From Synechococcus sp. (GTDB taxonomy: Bacteria > Cyanobacteriota > Cyanobacteriia > PCC-6307 > Cyanobiaceae), in contig JBMHDE010000026.1 in NCBI GenBank assembly GCA_049889555.1, positions 3,264-67,263 of the forward strand: 64,000 nt of DNA. The letters are read 5' to 3'. The notes under the pieces are model-generated. The model was not told where the DNA came from, ran no database searches, and saw only the letters and a list, made by a program, of their open reading frames with translations. This document shows positions 18,988 to 26,597 of this stretch, in pieces; position 1 is the stretch's first letter; the number at the start of each line of letters is the position of its first letter. A program made the position numbers and the translations under genes.

Positions 18988-20526
18988 TCAATCAAGAGCC
19001 GTTTCAATCACATTCATGGCCCGCAAGTAGGCCGGGGGTTCGTCACTGTCTTGGCTGTCGTCGAGAGCAAGGTCGTCTCGAATCGACTTGCGGGCGTTAT
19101 CGGCGATTACTGCATGGATGACCAGGTCCATCGCCTCCGGTTGGTGCAGATTCTGGAGCGCCTCGGCATAGCGACGACTATGGGTAGGACGCACCGACTC
19201 CTGGCAATAGGCCGAGAGTTCACGGCTATCGGTCATCACCGCAAAGGCAGCCTCTTTGGTGGAGGGTTTGCCATAGATCGCCATGTAGAGAAGGTTGACC
19301 ATCGACGCGTCGTGGACCGGGATGGCGTACTTGCGCACAATTTGCGGCCAGTAGCGCAGTGCTTTGAGGCCTTCCAGTCCGCCCTTGCGCAGACCCTCCG
19401 CTTCACACCACTCTTCCAACTCCTCCATCGACTGTGGGCAGCGTTGCAGCGTCAGCATGCGAGCTGCCAGCACCTGACCAGCCTGAAAGTTGCGGGTGGG
19501 TGTTCCCGACACCGGCAGCATCATGCTGCCGCGCACATCCGCCACCATCGCCGTGAGCTGGGCGAAGGTGTGATCCCGCACTTTTTCCATGTCTCCACCA
19601 CGCACCAGCGCTGCTTCAATACGCTGCACGCCATAGCCAAGTTCCGTCAGGGGAAATGGCTGACGGTTGTAAAGCCGTTGACGATCTCGACGGGCCATCG
19701 ACACCGTGGCGGCTTGGTCGAGACACTGATCGAGCAAAAGGGTGAGGAGCGTGGGCAGAACTCCGGGTTTGTCTTGGTGATAGGCGTAGCCAAAACCGGC
19801 AAACACCGACGACATATTTTTGGCCGCTTTGATGTATTGGCCTTCAACGTTGTGAACACCGGGAGACACCTGAATGTTGGGAGATAAACGATCCAACAGG
19901 CGGGCACCCAAGAGCGCCGTCAGCGCATTGGGGTGGCAGAAATTAGCCGTAAAGCTATCCAGGGGATTGCGCAGGGCACCATGACGATGGAAACCGGAAA
20001 AGAAGGCCAAATTGGGTTCCCGCTCGCACAGCACATAGGAATCGTTGCTGATGGGATCATGGGTAAATGAACCGGCCAAACAGGCCAACACCACCTGTTC
20101 ACGGCGGAGCTCGATGCGCAGCTCACAAGCCCTTTGGAGATCTTCCTCGATGTGATTGCTGTTGGCCGACAGCACCACCAGCTCACAATCTCGAATGAGA
20201 TCGGACAGCGTATTGGGCACCTGCTGGTCGCCTTCAAGGTGGGTGGCCATCTGCTCCATGGCCGCCACATGCTCTGCATCCATGCCCTCCCTCGCAGCAG
20301 CGGGGAAAGCACCAAGGAGATCGCGCCCAGGCCGAGGCGCCAACATCAAGATGTCTGCTGTCGCCTGCTGCATGGCGCAGTTGTAGGCCAGCGATGCTGG
20401 ATAGAGGCCCACGCTGTAGAAGCCGACCCGCCCGTGCTCCAAATCCAGGATGCGTTGCCTGATGCAATCGGCATCAAGGCTGTGGGGAAAAAATGCGTTG
20501 CAATCAAGCCCGACCTCACCCGTCAT
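18988..20526 (-). CDS. conserved hypothetical protein with distant resemblance to NAD-dependent glycerol-3-phosphate dehydrogenase (GpsA) fold
   Basis: 512-aa ORF with a clean ATG start. The segments DCELVVLSANSNHIEEDL and NVEGQYIKAAKNMSSVFAGFGYA recall GpsA blocks, but no GxGxxG is seen. The functional call is weak. Confidence 0.55.
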   Translation of the reverse strand: MTGEVGLDCNAFFPHSLDADCIRQRILDLEHGRVGFYSVGLYPASLAYNCAMQQATADILMLAPRPGRDLLGAFPAAAREGMDAEHVAAMEQMATHLEGDQQVPNTLSDLIRDCELVVLSANSNHIEEDLQRACELRIELRREQVVLACLAGSFTHDPISNDSYVLCEREPNLAFFSGFHRHGALRNPLDSFTANFCHPNALTALLGARLLDRLSPNIQVSPGVHNVEGQYIKAAKNMSSVFAGFGYAYHQDKPGVLPTLLTLLLDQCLDQAATVSMARRDRQRLYNRQPFPLTELGYGVQRIEAALVRGGDMEKVRDHTFAQLTAMVADVRGSMMLPVSGTPTRNFQAGQVLAARMLTLQRCPQSMEELEEWCEAEGLRKGGLEGLKALRYWPQIVRKYAIPVHDASMVNLLYMAIYGKPSTKEAAFAVMTDSRELSAYCQESVRPTHSRRYAEALQNLHQPEAMDLVIHAVIADNARKSIRDDLALDDSQDSDEPPAYLRAMNVIETALD

Positions 20527-20583
20527 CCGTCCGGTCGACTCACTAGCGCGATAATCACCAGCACACCCTAATCAGCTGCTCGG

Positions 20584-21171
20584 ATGGCCCTCACCCTCTA
20601 CGGCGGTCAGCGCACCAGAGCGTCGATGCCCCGTTGGTATCTCGAGGAAAAGGGCATCGCCTACAACCTGGAGGAACTCGACCTCCAGGCCAAGCAGCAC
20701 CAAGAGCCCGACTATCTGGCGATCAATCCCTTCGGCAAACTGCCTGGGCTTGTGGATGACAGCGTGGTATGCCCAGATGGTGGCCCGCTCAAACTGTTTG
20801 AAAGCAGCGCGATTTTGCTGCATCTGGCGGATTGCCACAGCGACGACATCCAAACACCAAGCGAACGAGCACTAACGACGCAATGGTTGCTCTTCGCCAA
20901 TGCCACCTTGGCGATCGCCCTCATTGTACCCAGCAATCGCGAGCGAGACTTTCCCAAACTGATGGCAAAACTCAACCAACAACTCGACCCCGCCAAGCCG
21001 TTGGTTGGCAAGGTTTGGGGTGCGGCGGATTGTGCCGTTCAGGGCTATTTGGCTTACTTGCCAATGTTTTTTCCCGATCTCGACCTCAGCCCCTACCCCA
21101 CCATCCAAGCGGTGATCGCCTCCGTGCAACAACGACCGGCCTACCGCAAGGGAATGGGACTCACCATCTGA
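20584..21171 (+). CDS. glutathione S-transferase
   Basis: 195 aa. N-terminal thioredoxin-like GST domain (LYGG..SMPRWYLEEKGIAY..INPFGKLPGLVDD..LFESSAILLHL) plus a helical C-terminal domain. Confidence 0.85.
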   Translation: MALTLYGGQRTRASMPRWYLEEKGIAYNLEELDLQAKQHQEPDYLAINPFGKLPGLVDDSVVCPDGGPLKLFESSAILLHLADCHSDDIQTPSERALTTQWLLFANATLAIALIVPSNRERDFPKLMAKLNQQLDPAKPLVGKVWGAADCAVQGYLAYLPMFFPDLDLSPYPTIQAVIASVQQRPAYRKGMGLTI

Positions 21172-21242
21172 AACCGTCAGCGTTGCAGAGCTTCACCCGC
21201 ATCCGCAGCATCACAACCCATTGATATCCCGCGACATTGTTG

Positions 21243-21494
21243 TCACTCAATGGCTTCCCCTTCAACGCTGATGTCAAACTCGATGCCAAAGCGGTGGGCC
21301 GTGGCCCGGAAACGACGCGCTAACTGCACAAAAAGTGTTTTCACCAAGGCATCATCAAATTCATAGATTTCAAGATTGGCCGTTTTCGCCACAATCCGAA
21401 GATCCTCGATCAGCGCCTCCACCCGTGGGACGAAAACCTTGCCAAAGCGGGCCCGTTTCTCTGCTGAGCTGTTGAAGTCGGGCAAGCCAGCCAT
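21243..21494 (-). CDS. small hypothetical protein
   Basis: C-terminal 83 aa (MAGLPDFNSSAEKRARFGK..) of the 183-aa ORF. The upstream part of that ORF is His/Gly-rich, looks non-coding and collides with the divergent gene. Confidence 0.4.
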   Translation of the reverse strand: MAGLPDFNSSAEKRARFGKVFVPRVEALIEDLRIVAKTANLEIYEFDDALVKTLFVQLARRFRATAHRFGIEFDISVEGEAIE

Positions 21495-21590
21495 CGATGC
21501 GGAGTGACAAGCCCCAGTGTGCCAGCGGTGAGCCAAAGCCATGGGGGAGACTGACCCAGCCCTGCAGGTTGCCAGGGCTCCCGCACCCCC

Positions 21591-22814
21591 GTGTTGAACG
21601 CCATGCCCTCCCTCACCCCCGAGCAGCTGTTGGCCGAGATCCACGGGATCGACAACCTGCTGATCGTGCAAGACCTCGATGGGGTCTGCATGGATTTGGT
21701 GAAGGATCCGCTCACCAGAACGCTGGATCGCCGCTATGTGGAAGCGGCAGCGCAGATGCACGGTCGTTTTGTTGTGCTCACCAACGGGGAACACGAAGGC
21801 AAGCGTGGCGTGAATCGACTGGTGGAAAACGCCCTAGGAGACGGGCAACACGCCAGCCAAGCAGGCTGTTATCTCCCCGGCCTTGCTGCCGGTGGGGTGC
21901 AGCTTCAAGATCGTTATGGAACCCTCTCCCATCCAGGGGTCAGTGATGAGGAGATGGAGTTTCTGGCAGCGCTGCCAAAACGGATGCATGCAGAGCTTCA
22001 TGGGCGCTTACCCGCCCTGATGCCGCAACTGAACCCAGATCAGCTGCGCAACGTGATTCAACAAGCAGTGCTAGACACCCAGGTGTCACCAACCATCAAT
22101 CTGAATGGATTGTTTGGTTATTGCAGTGATGACGTGCCGTTGCAACGGCGGTTGCAACAGATGCTGCAAGAGCTGATGGATGATCTTCTAACCCTGGCCG
22201 AACAGGCCGGCCTCGGATCATCCTTTTTTCTGCATGTCGCACCAAACCTCGGCTGTGACCGTGAGGGCCGGGAACGGCTGAAGCCAGCACAGCCTGGTGA
22301 TGTTGGCTCCACCGACATTCAATTCATGCTGCGAGGTGCCATCAAAGAGGCAGGGCTTTTGGTGTTGATCAACCGGCACATTGCCGCCCGCTCCGGCCAC
22401 GCACCCTTGGGTGACCAATTCAATGTGCGGACTGCACCGAGACACCACCAAGCGCTGCTGGATCTCTGCATGGAGGCGATCCCTGCGGAGCAGATGCCGA
22501 CGTTGATCGGTGTGGGAGACACCGTGACCTCAACAGCGACTCCCGATGGCAAGGGTTGGCTACGCGGGGGTAGTGACAGGGGATTTCTCACATTGCTTCA
22601 GGCACTCGGTGAGCACTACGGACGATCCAACCGCGTGGTGCTGGTTGATAGCAGCGGTGGCGAGGTGGATCGCCCAAGCCTGACCGATGGCACGTTGCAT
22701 GGCATTTCCGACCCGGAAGATCCCCTGCATTTCGATGTGGTGATGCCAGGCGGCCCAAAGCAATACGTCCAGTGGTTTGCGCAGCTGGCGCAGGCCATGG
22801 CAGAGCCAACGTGA
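21591..22814 (+). CDS. stpA: probable glucosylglycerol 3-phosphatase (StpA/GgpP-like)
   Basis: 407 aa. NLLIVQDLDGVCM (DxD phosphatase motif) and LTNGEHEGKRGVN match my recollection of Synechocystis StpA, and the length fits (~420 aa). The start may be ATG 21603. Confidence 0.55.
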   Translation: MLNAMPSLTPEQLLAEIHGIDNLLIVQDLDGVCMDLVKDPLTRTLDRRYVEAAAQMHGRFVVLTNGEHEGKRGVNRLVENALGDGQHASQAGCYLPGLAAGGVQLQDRYGTLSHPGVSDEEMEFLAALPKRMHAELHGRLPALMPQLNPDQLRNVIQQAVLDTQVSPTINLNGLFGYCSDDVPLQRRLQQMLQELMDDLLTLAEQAGLGSSFFLHVAPNLGCDREGRERLKPAQPGDVGSTDIQFMLRGAIKEAGLLVLINRHIAARSGHAPLGDQFNVRTAPRHHQALLDLCMEAIPAEQMPTLIGVGDTVTSTATPDGKGWLRGGSDRGFLTLLQALGEHYGRSNRVVLVDSSGGEVDRPSLTDGTLHGISDPEDPLHFDVVMPGGPKQYVQWFAQLAQAMAEPT

Positions 22815-22823
22815 TCGCCCAAA

Positions 22824-23819
22824 ATGACTCCAATCACGAACAAGCTCCTGACAACGCGTCCCGCCAGCTCCGCTGAGACTCTCCCACCTGCCTTTCCCCC
22901 CCTGGTGCGCAGTCAGCTGCAGACCTTGCAGGTCAACTTGGGCTATCGCTGCAACCAAAGCTGCAGCCATTGCCATGTGAATGCGGGTCCATGGCGAACG
23001 GAAATGATGGCGCCTGATCAGGTTGCCCTGATCCCGCGGGTGCTTGAGCACCTACAACTCAAGGTGCTCGACCTCACCGGCGGCGCCCCAGAACTGCATC
23101 CCCAATTCCGTGAGTTAGTGGTTGCAGCCCGATCCCTGGGAGTGGAGGTGATTGACCGCTGCAACCTCACAATCCTCAACGAACCTAGCCAGGACGGACT
23201 TGCGGCATTTCTGGCACAACAGCAGGTGCGCGTGGTGGCCTCCCTTCCATGCACGGAAGAGGCCCGCGTCGACCGCCAACGGGGACGCGGCGTGTTTGAA
23301 CGCAGCATCGACGGATTGCGGGACCTCAATGCCCTCGGCTATGGCGATCCAAAACGGGAACTCATCCTGGATCTGGTCTACAACCCCGCTGGTGCCAACC
23401 TGCCCCCTGCACAAGCGCAACTTGAGCAGCATTACCGCGACGCCCTATGGAAAGACCACGGCCTGCGCTTCAACCACTTGCTCACCATCACCAATATGGC
23501 GATCGAGCGCTTCGCCCAGGATCTAGAGCGCCAAGGCATTCTGCAGACCTACCGACAGGTGTTGCGCGATGCGTTCCGCGCTGAGAACCTACCGGCAGTG
23601 ATGTGTCGTTCACTGATCAGTGTGAATTGGACGGGGCAGCTTTTTGATTGCGACTTCAACCAGCAGCTGGGGTTGGGTTGCCTTGGCACCGTTCAAACAT
23701 TGGATGATCTGCTGCGGATCACACCTGATGCATTCAGTGGGGCATCGATTGCTGTGGGAGAGCACTGCTTCGGTTGCACAGCAGGGAATGGTTCCAGCTG
23801 CAGTGGAGCTCTCAATTAG
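22824..23819 (+). CDS. arsS: arsenosugar-biosynthesis-type radical SAM protein (ArsS family)
   Basis: 331 aa. LQVNLGYRCNQSCSHCHVNAGPWRTEMM (CxxxCxxC radical SAM cluster) and the Cys-rich C-terminus CFGCTAGNGSSCSGAL. Confidence 0.8.
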   Translation: MTPITNKLLTTRPASSAETLPPAFPPLVRSQLQTLQVNLGYRCNQSCSHCHVNAGPWRTEMMAPDQVALIPRVLEHLQLKVLDLTGGAPELHPQFRELVVAARSLGVEVIDRCNLTILNEPSQDGLAAFLAQQQVRVVASLPCTEEARVDRQRGRGVFERSIDGLRDLNALGYGDPKRELILDLVYNPAGANLPPAQAQLEQHYRDALWKDHGLRFNHLLTITNMAIERFAQDLERQGILQTYRQVLRDAFRAENLPAVMCRSLISVNWTGQLFDCDFNQQLGLGCLGTVQTLDDLLRITPDAFSGASIAVGEHCFGCTAGNGSSCSGALN

Positions 23820-23846
23820 GGTCAGTCGGTCACACAGCCAGGCTGG

Positions 23847-24314
23847 ATGAGCGCTCCCACCGAGTCAGGACCCTCCCACTGCGGTAGCAAGCCAAAGCGT
23901 TTTGCCGTCGGCATTGCCCCCCTCGGCACCATCTCAATCGGCATCGTGCCGATGGGTGTGGTGTGCATCGGTGTGGTGCCGATGGGTGTGGTGTCGATTG
24001 GAGTTGTGGCGATGGGGCTGATCAACTTCAGCGTTGTGGGCATGGGCGTCTTAGCTGTTGGGCTCAACACGATGGGGGTGTGGACCGCAGGCCCCGTGAG
24101 CATGGGGCTGGTGCAACTCGGTGGTCGATCATCATCCGCTGGTCACGACCATCACAACCATCACGCTGCATCTGGAGAACAGCCCAACGAACAACTCATG
24201 GCCTATCCAACGCGAGAGGAGGCTGAAGCGGCAGCACTGCGGGTTGGCTGCAAAGGGGTCCATGCCATGGGGACGTTTTGGATGCCTTGCGAGCATCACC
24301 CCAAGTCGCCCTGA
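23847..24314 (+). CDS. hydrophobic pentad-repeat protein with His-rich linker and C-terminal Cys/Trp motif (DUF3721-like)
   Basis: 155 aa. 14 consecutive G-x-x-x-hydrophobic pentads (GIVPM GVVCI GVVPM GVVSI GVVAM ...), then HDHHNHH, then ..RVGCKGVHAMGTFWMPCEHH. 27 nt downstream of arsS. Confidence 0.65.
   Translation: MSAPTESGPSHCGSKPKRFAVGIAPLGTISIGIVPMGVVCIGVVPMGVVSIGVVAMGLINFSVVGMGVLAVGLNTMGVWTAGPVSMGLVQLGGRSSSAGHDHHNHHAASGEQPNEQLMAYPTREEAEAAALRVGCKGVHAMGTFWMPCEHHPKSP
23910..24119 (+). repeat. in-frame coding repeat (15-nt pentad / 30-nt decad periodicity)
   Basis: gtgccgatgggtgtggtgt occurs at 23946-23964 and again at 23976-23994. At the protein level it gives 14 pentads. Confidence 0.85.
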
Positions 24315-24323
24315 AGCCAGCGG

Positions 24324-24776
24324 TTAACGACAATCAGGGCAAATCCCTCGCACGTTGAGGGTTGACTCAATCAGGACAAAACCGTGCTGATGAGCAGCCG
24401 CTTCGCCTGCATCAATCACCGGAGCGCTTTCGAATTCCTCAGTGCGGCCACAACGGATGCAAACGAGGTGGTGGTGATCACGATGGTCGCCGCACAGAAG
24501 TTCAAAACGGCGACCTGCCTCGCTGAGTTCTAGTTCTTGGAGAAACCCCATCTCCACCAACAGGCGCAGCGTGCGGTAGATCGTTGCTAGAGAAACCTTG
24601 GAATCAGCATCAAGGAGCTGCTGATGCACGTCTTCAGCACTGAGATGGCGCCCCGCGCCCATCCGTTCAAATAAGTCGAGGATGCGAAGTCGCTGCGGGG
24701 TTAGACGACGACCATCCTGATGAAGCCCGCGCTGCAAAGGCTCCTGTGCGGGTATTGAAGACGCACGCGTTGCCAT
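24324..24776 (-). CDS. Fur-family metalloregulator (Fur/Zur/PerR type not resolvable by eye)
   Basis: wHTH LTPQRLRILDLF..VSLATIYRTLRLLVEMGFL, metal-site residues HRDHHHLVCIRCGRTEEF and a second CxxC (CPDC). Start placed at ATG 24776; the ORF-track start at 24800 is TTG. Confidence 0.85.
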   Translation of the reverse strand: MATRASSIPAQEPLQRGLHQDGRRLTPQRLRILDLFERMGAGRHLSAEDVHQQLLDADSKVSLATIYRTLRLLVEMGFLQELELSEAGRRFELLCGDHRDHHHLVCIRCGRTEEFESAPVIDAGEAAAHQHGFVLIESTLNVRGICPDCR

Positions 24777-24795
24777 CGACTGTCGAGACGACTTT

Positions 24796-24817
24796 CTCAA
24801 TAGTACTCACTAATGAG
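24796..24817. promoter_or_regulatory. AT-rich imperfect palindrome upstream of the Fur-family gene (candidate auto-regulatory operator)
   Basis: CTCAATAGT-ACTC-ACTAATGAG. The 9-nt arms match 8/9 as an inverted repeat. 36% GC. Lies 20-41 nt upstream of ATG 24776. Confidence 0.3.
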
Positions 24818-24962
24818 AGCAGCTGGCCATAGGCAACGTGCTGGCGGCGCGGTTCACCCTGGGGTGCCAGGCGGTTGACCAAATCAAGGGGATGCACCTT
24901 ATGTTGATGGCCCTTTTCGATAGCTGTTGCTGAAAAGCCTGAGCGGATCATGGGATGTGTTG

Positions 24963-25178
24963 ATGCGCTGCCTAGCCAGTGCATTGTTTTTGCTCGCCCA
25001 TGGACTGCTTGTGCTGGAACACATCGCCTTAGGCACGGCTCTTCACGGCGTCGCCGAGCTTTTTCTGGCTCCCTGGGCCGTCCGACATCGCGCCTGGGAC
25101 ATCATTGTGATTGGTGTGATTTTCTGCGTTTTTGATCTGTGGGGCACGGTGCGCCTCACAACCTCAGCCCTTGGCTAG
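24963..25178 (+). CDS. small hydrophobic protein (2 predicted TM helices)
   Basis: MRCLASALFLLAHGLLVLEH..WDIIVIGVIFCVFDLWG. Divergent from the Fur-family gene. Confidence 0.4.
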   Translation: MRCLASALFLLAHGLLVLEHIALGTALHGVAELFLAPWAVRHRAWDIIVIGVIFCVFDLWGTVRLTTSALG

Positions 25179-25400
25179 GCAGTCTTGGTGGAGCACACGC
25201 AACACCCGGGCTGCAAGCCCACGGGACAAATGTCGTGCAACGAGCAAAGAACAAACCCAATCAAATAAGGGTGGATTGGAGGGATCCCTGGAGAGTTGAT
25301 CCCTGAGCTGCAGAAATTGCTGCTCATGCTCGCAGCCCCGCAGAACGTCAATCAGCTTGTCCTCCGACACGGAAGACGGACAGGAAGCAACAAGGGCCAT
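25164..25400 (-). CDS. hypothetical protein
   Basis: 78-aa ORF with an ATG start. No domain recognised. Its 3' end overlaps the convergent small ORF by 15 nt. Confidence 0.35.
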   Translation of the reverse strand: MALVASCPSSVSEDKLIDVLRGCEHEQQFLQLRDQLSRDPSNPPLFDWVCSLLVARHLSRGLAARVLRVLHQDCLAKG

Positions 25401-25476
25401 GGGTTAAAAACCTCGTGAAATCACGCTATGTCACCAGGCTCCTCCATCGGCGCTAGGCGACAGCACTGCTGGAGCA

Positions 25477-26184
25477 ATGGTGCAGACACCGACAGCACTG
25501 CTAAGAGATGGGGAAATGAGAACGAAAATGCAGCGTTCTAAAGACCTGAATTCCGGCGTTGCAGACGAGCAAGAGTTTCTCGACCTAACCATCTTCAACG
25601 ATCCACTAGCGCTGGAGATCCCCTGGGACCCAATGAGTCGCGGGGGATCAAGCATCTGCACACATCGTGCGAAGCAAAACACAGGCGTGGACGGAACAAC
25701 GCTTCAGCTTCAGATGACTACCGAAGCCAAGCGATCTCGCACTTGGTTTATCACGACAGCTCCTATTCTTGGCATACCTTTAATTCTACTTTTCGTACTT
25801 TTAGCAATTTTCGCAAATGTGCTAGTCGCTCTTTTTGTTATAATACCATTTGCTGCAATTTTTAGAAGCTTTCCCGCCAGCTTATATCAGGATTTCCGAC
25901 AGGAACAACGGAAGGAATGCACACTCAACAAGTTCACCGGTGAGCTGATAAGAAGAGCAAAAACCCATGCAATCACCGACGTTTATGCAATCCAGTTGCT
26001 TCGAAAGCGCATCAAGAGACGCACGCAAAATTATACCTATGATGACTGTTATGAGCTCAATTTGGTTCGACGCGACGGAACCCGACTAAATGTGACAAAC
26101 CACGGCTCCTTGAGCAAGATCCGGGCAGATGCTGATCTCGTTGCTGATTATTTGCACATCCCCATCTGGGATGTGATCGATTGA
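25477..26184 (+). CDS. hypothetical membrane protein (islet gene, AT-rich)
   Basis: 235 aa. Central double hydrophobic stretch WFITTAPILGIPLILLFVLLAIFANVLVALFVIIPFAAIF. Line 25741-25800 is 22/60 GC. No domain recognised. Confidence 0.5.
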   Translation: MVQTPTALLRDGEMRTKMQRSKDLNSGVADEQEFLDLTIFNDPLALEIPWDPMSRGGSSICTHRAKQNTGVDGTTLQLQMTTEAKRSRTWFITTAPILGIPLILLFVLLAIFANVLVALFVIIPFAAIFRSFPASLYQDFRQEQRKECTLNKFTGELIRRAKTHAITDVYAIQLLRKRIKRRTQNYTYDDCYELNLVRRDGTRLNVTNHGSLSKIRADADLVADYLHIPIWDVID

Positions 26185-26335
26185 CAGCTTCCCAACACTG
26201 CCCTACTCCGTTCGCAGCCGTCGATTGTCAAATCCGCCCCCTCAACCAAATCGCAGCTCGCGCAACCAGCACCAAACAAAAAACCGCCCTGGGAGAGGCT
26301 GCTCAGATCCAGTTGAAGACTGGATTTTGAAGGAG

Positions 26336-26409
26336 TCGGGGTAGAGGGATTTGAACCCCCGGCATCCTGCTCCCAAAGCAGGCGCGCTACCAAACTGCGC
26401 TATACCCCG
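26336..26409 (-). tRNA. tRNA-Pro (anticodon UGG)
   Basis: The reverse complement folds as a cloverleaf: CGGGGUA/UACCCCG acceptor stem, GCGC D-stem, CCUGC-UUUGGGA-GCAGG anticodon arm, GGGGG-UUCAAAU-CCCUC T-arm, discriminator A. 74 nt, CCA not encoded. Confidence 0.9.
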
Positions 26410-26597
26410 AAGAACTCATCTTAGCGGTTGATGGGCTCCTAGCCCAAACCAGCGGCTTAGCATGGCTATGGTTAGTGCTCCATCCATGGCCAGCAACTGG
26501 AACTCCAGAGCCGTTGCAGCGCTCAACCATCAGCACCACAGCGACGGCGACGGCTTCCAGTTCAAAGACTCCACCCTGCGCCCCCTGGGAAGCTCCC

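Noticed and set aside
19051-19887. 278-aa + strand ORF opposite the 512-aa gene
   Set aside because: It is a shadow ORF with His/Arg/Gly-rich composition, no start context and no motifs.
20911-20918. HIP1 octamers GCGATCGC (also at 31056 and 49509)
   Set aside because: This is an expected cyanobacterial genome-wide signature. It is useful only as a taxonomic clue, not as a local feature.
21495-21794. Long form (183 aa) of the small minus-strand ORF 21243..21794
   Set aside because: The upstream 100 codons overlap the start of the divergent stpA-like gene and look non-coding. Only the C-terminal 83 aa are retained, at low confidence.
23930-24010. Short direct DNA repeats that could suggest a CRISPR array or minisatellite
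   Set aside because: The repeats are contiguous and in-frame with a 30-nt period and no spacers. They encode the pentad/decad protein repeat. No cas genes are present in the window.
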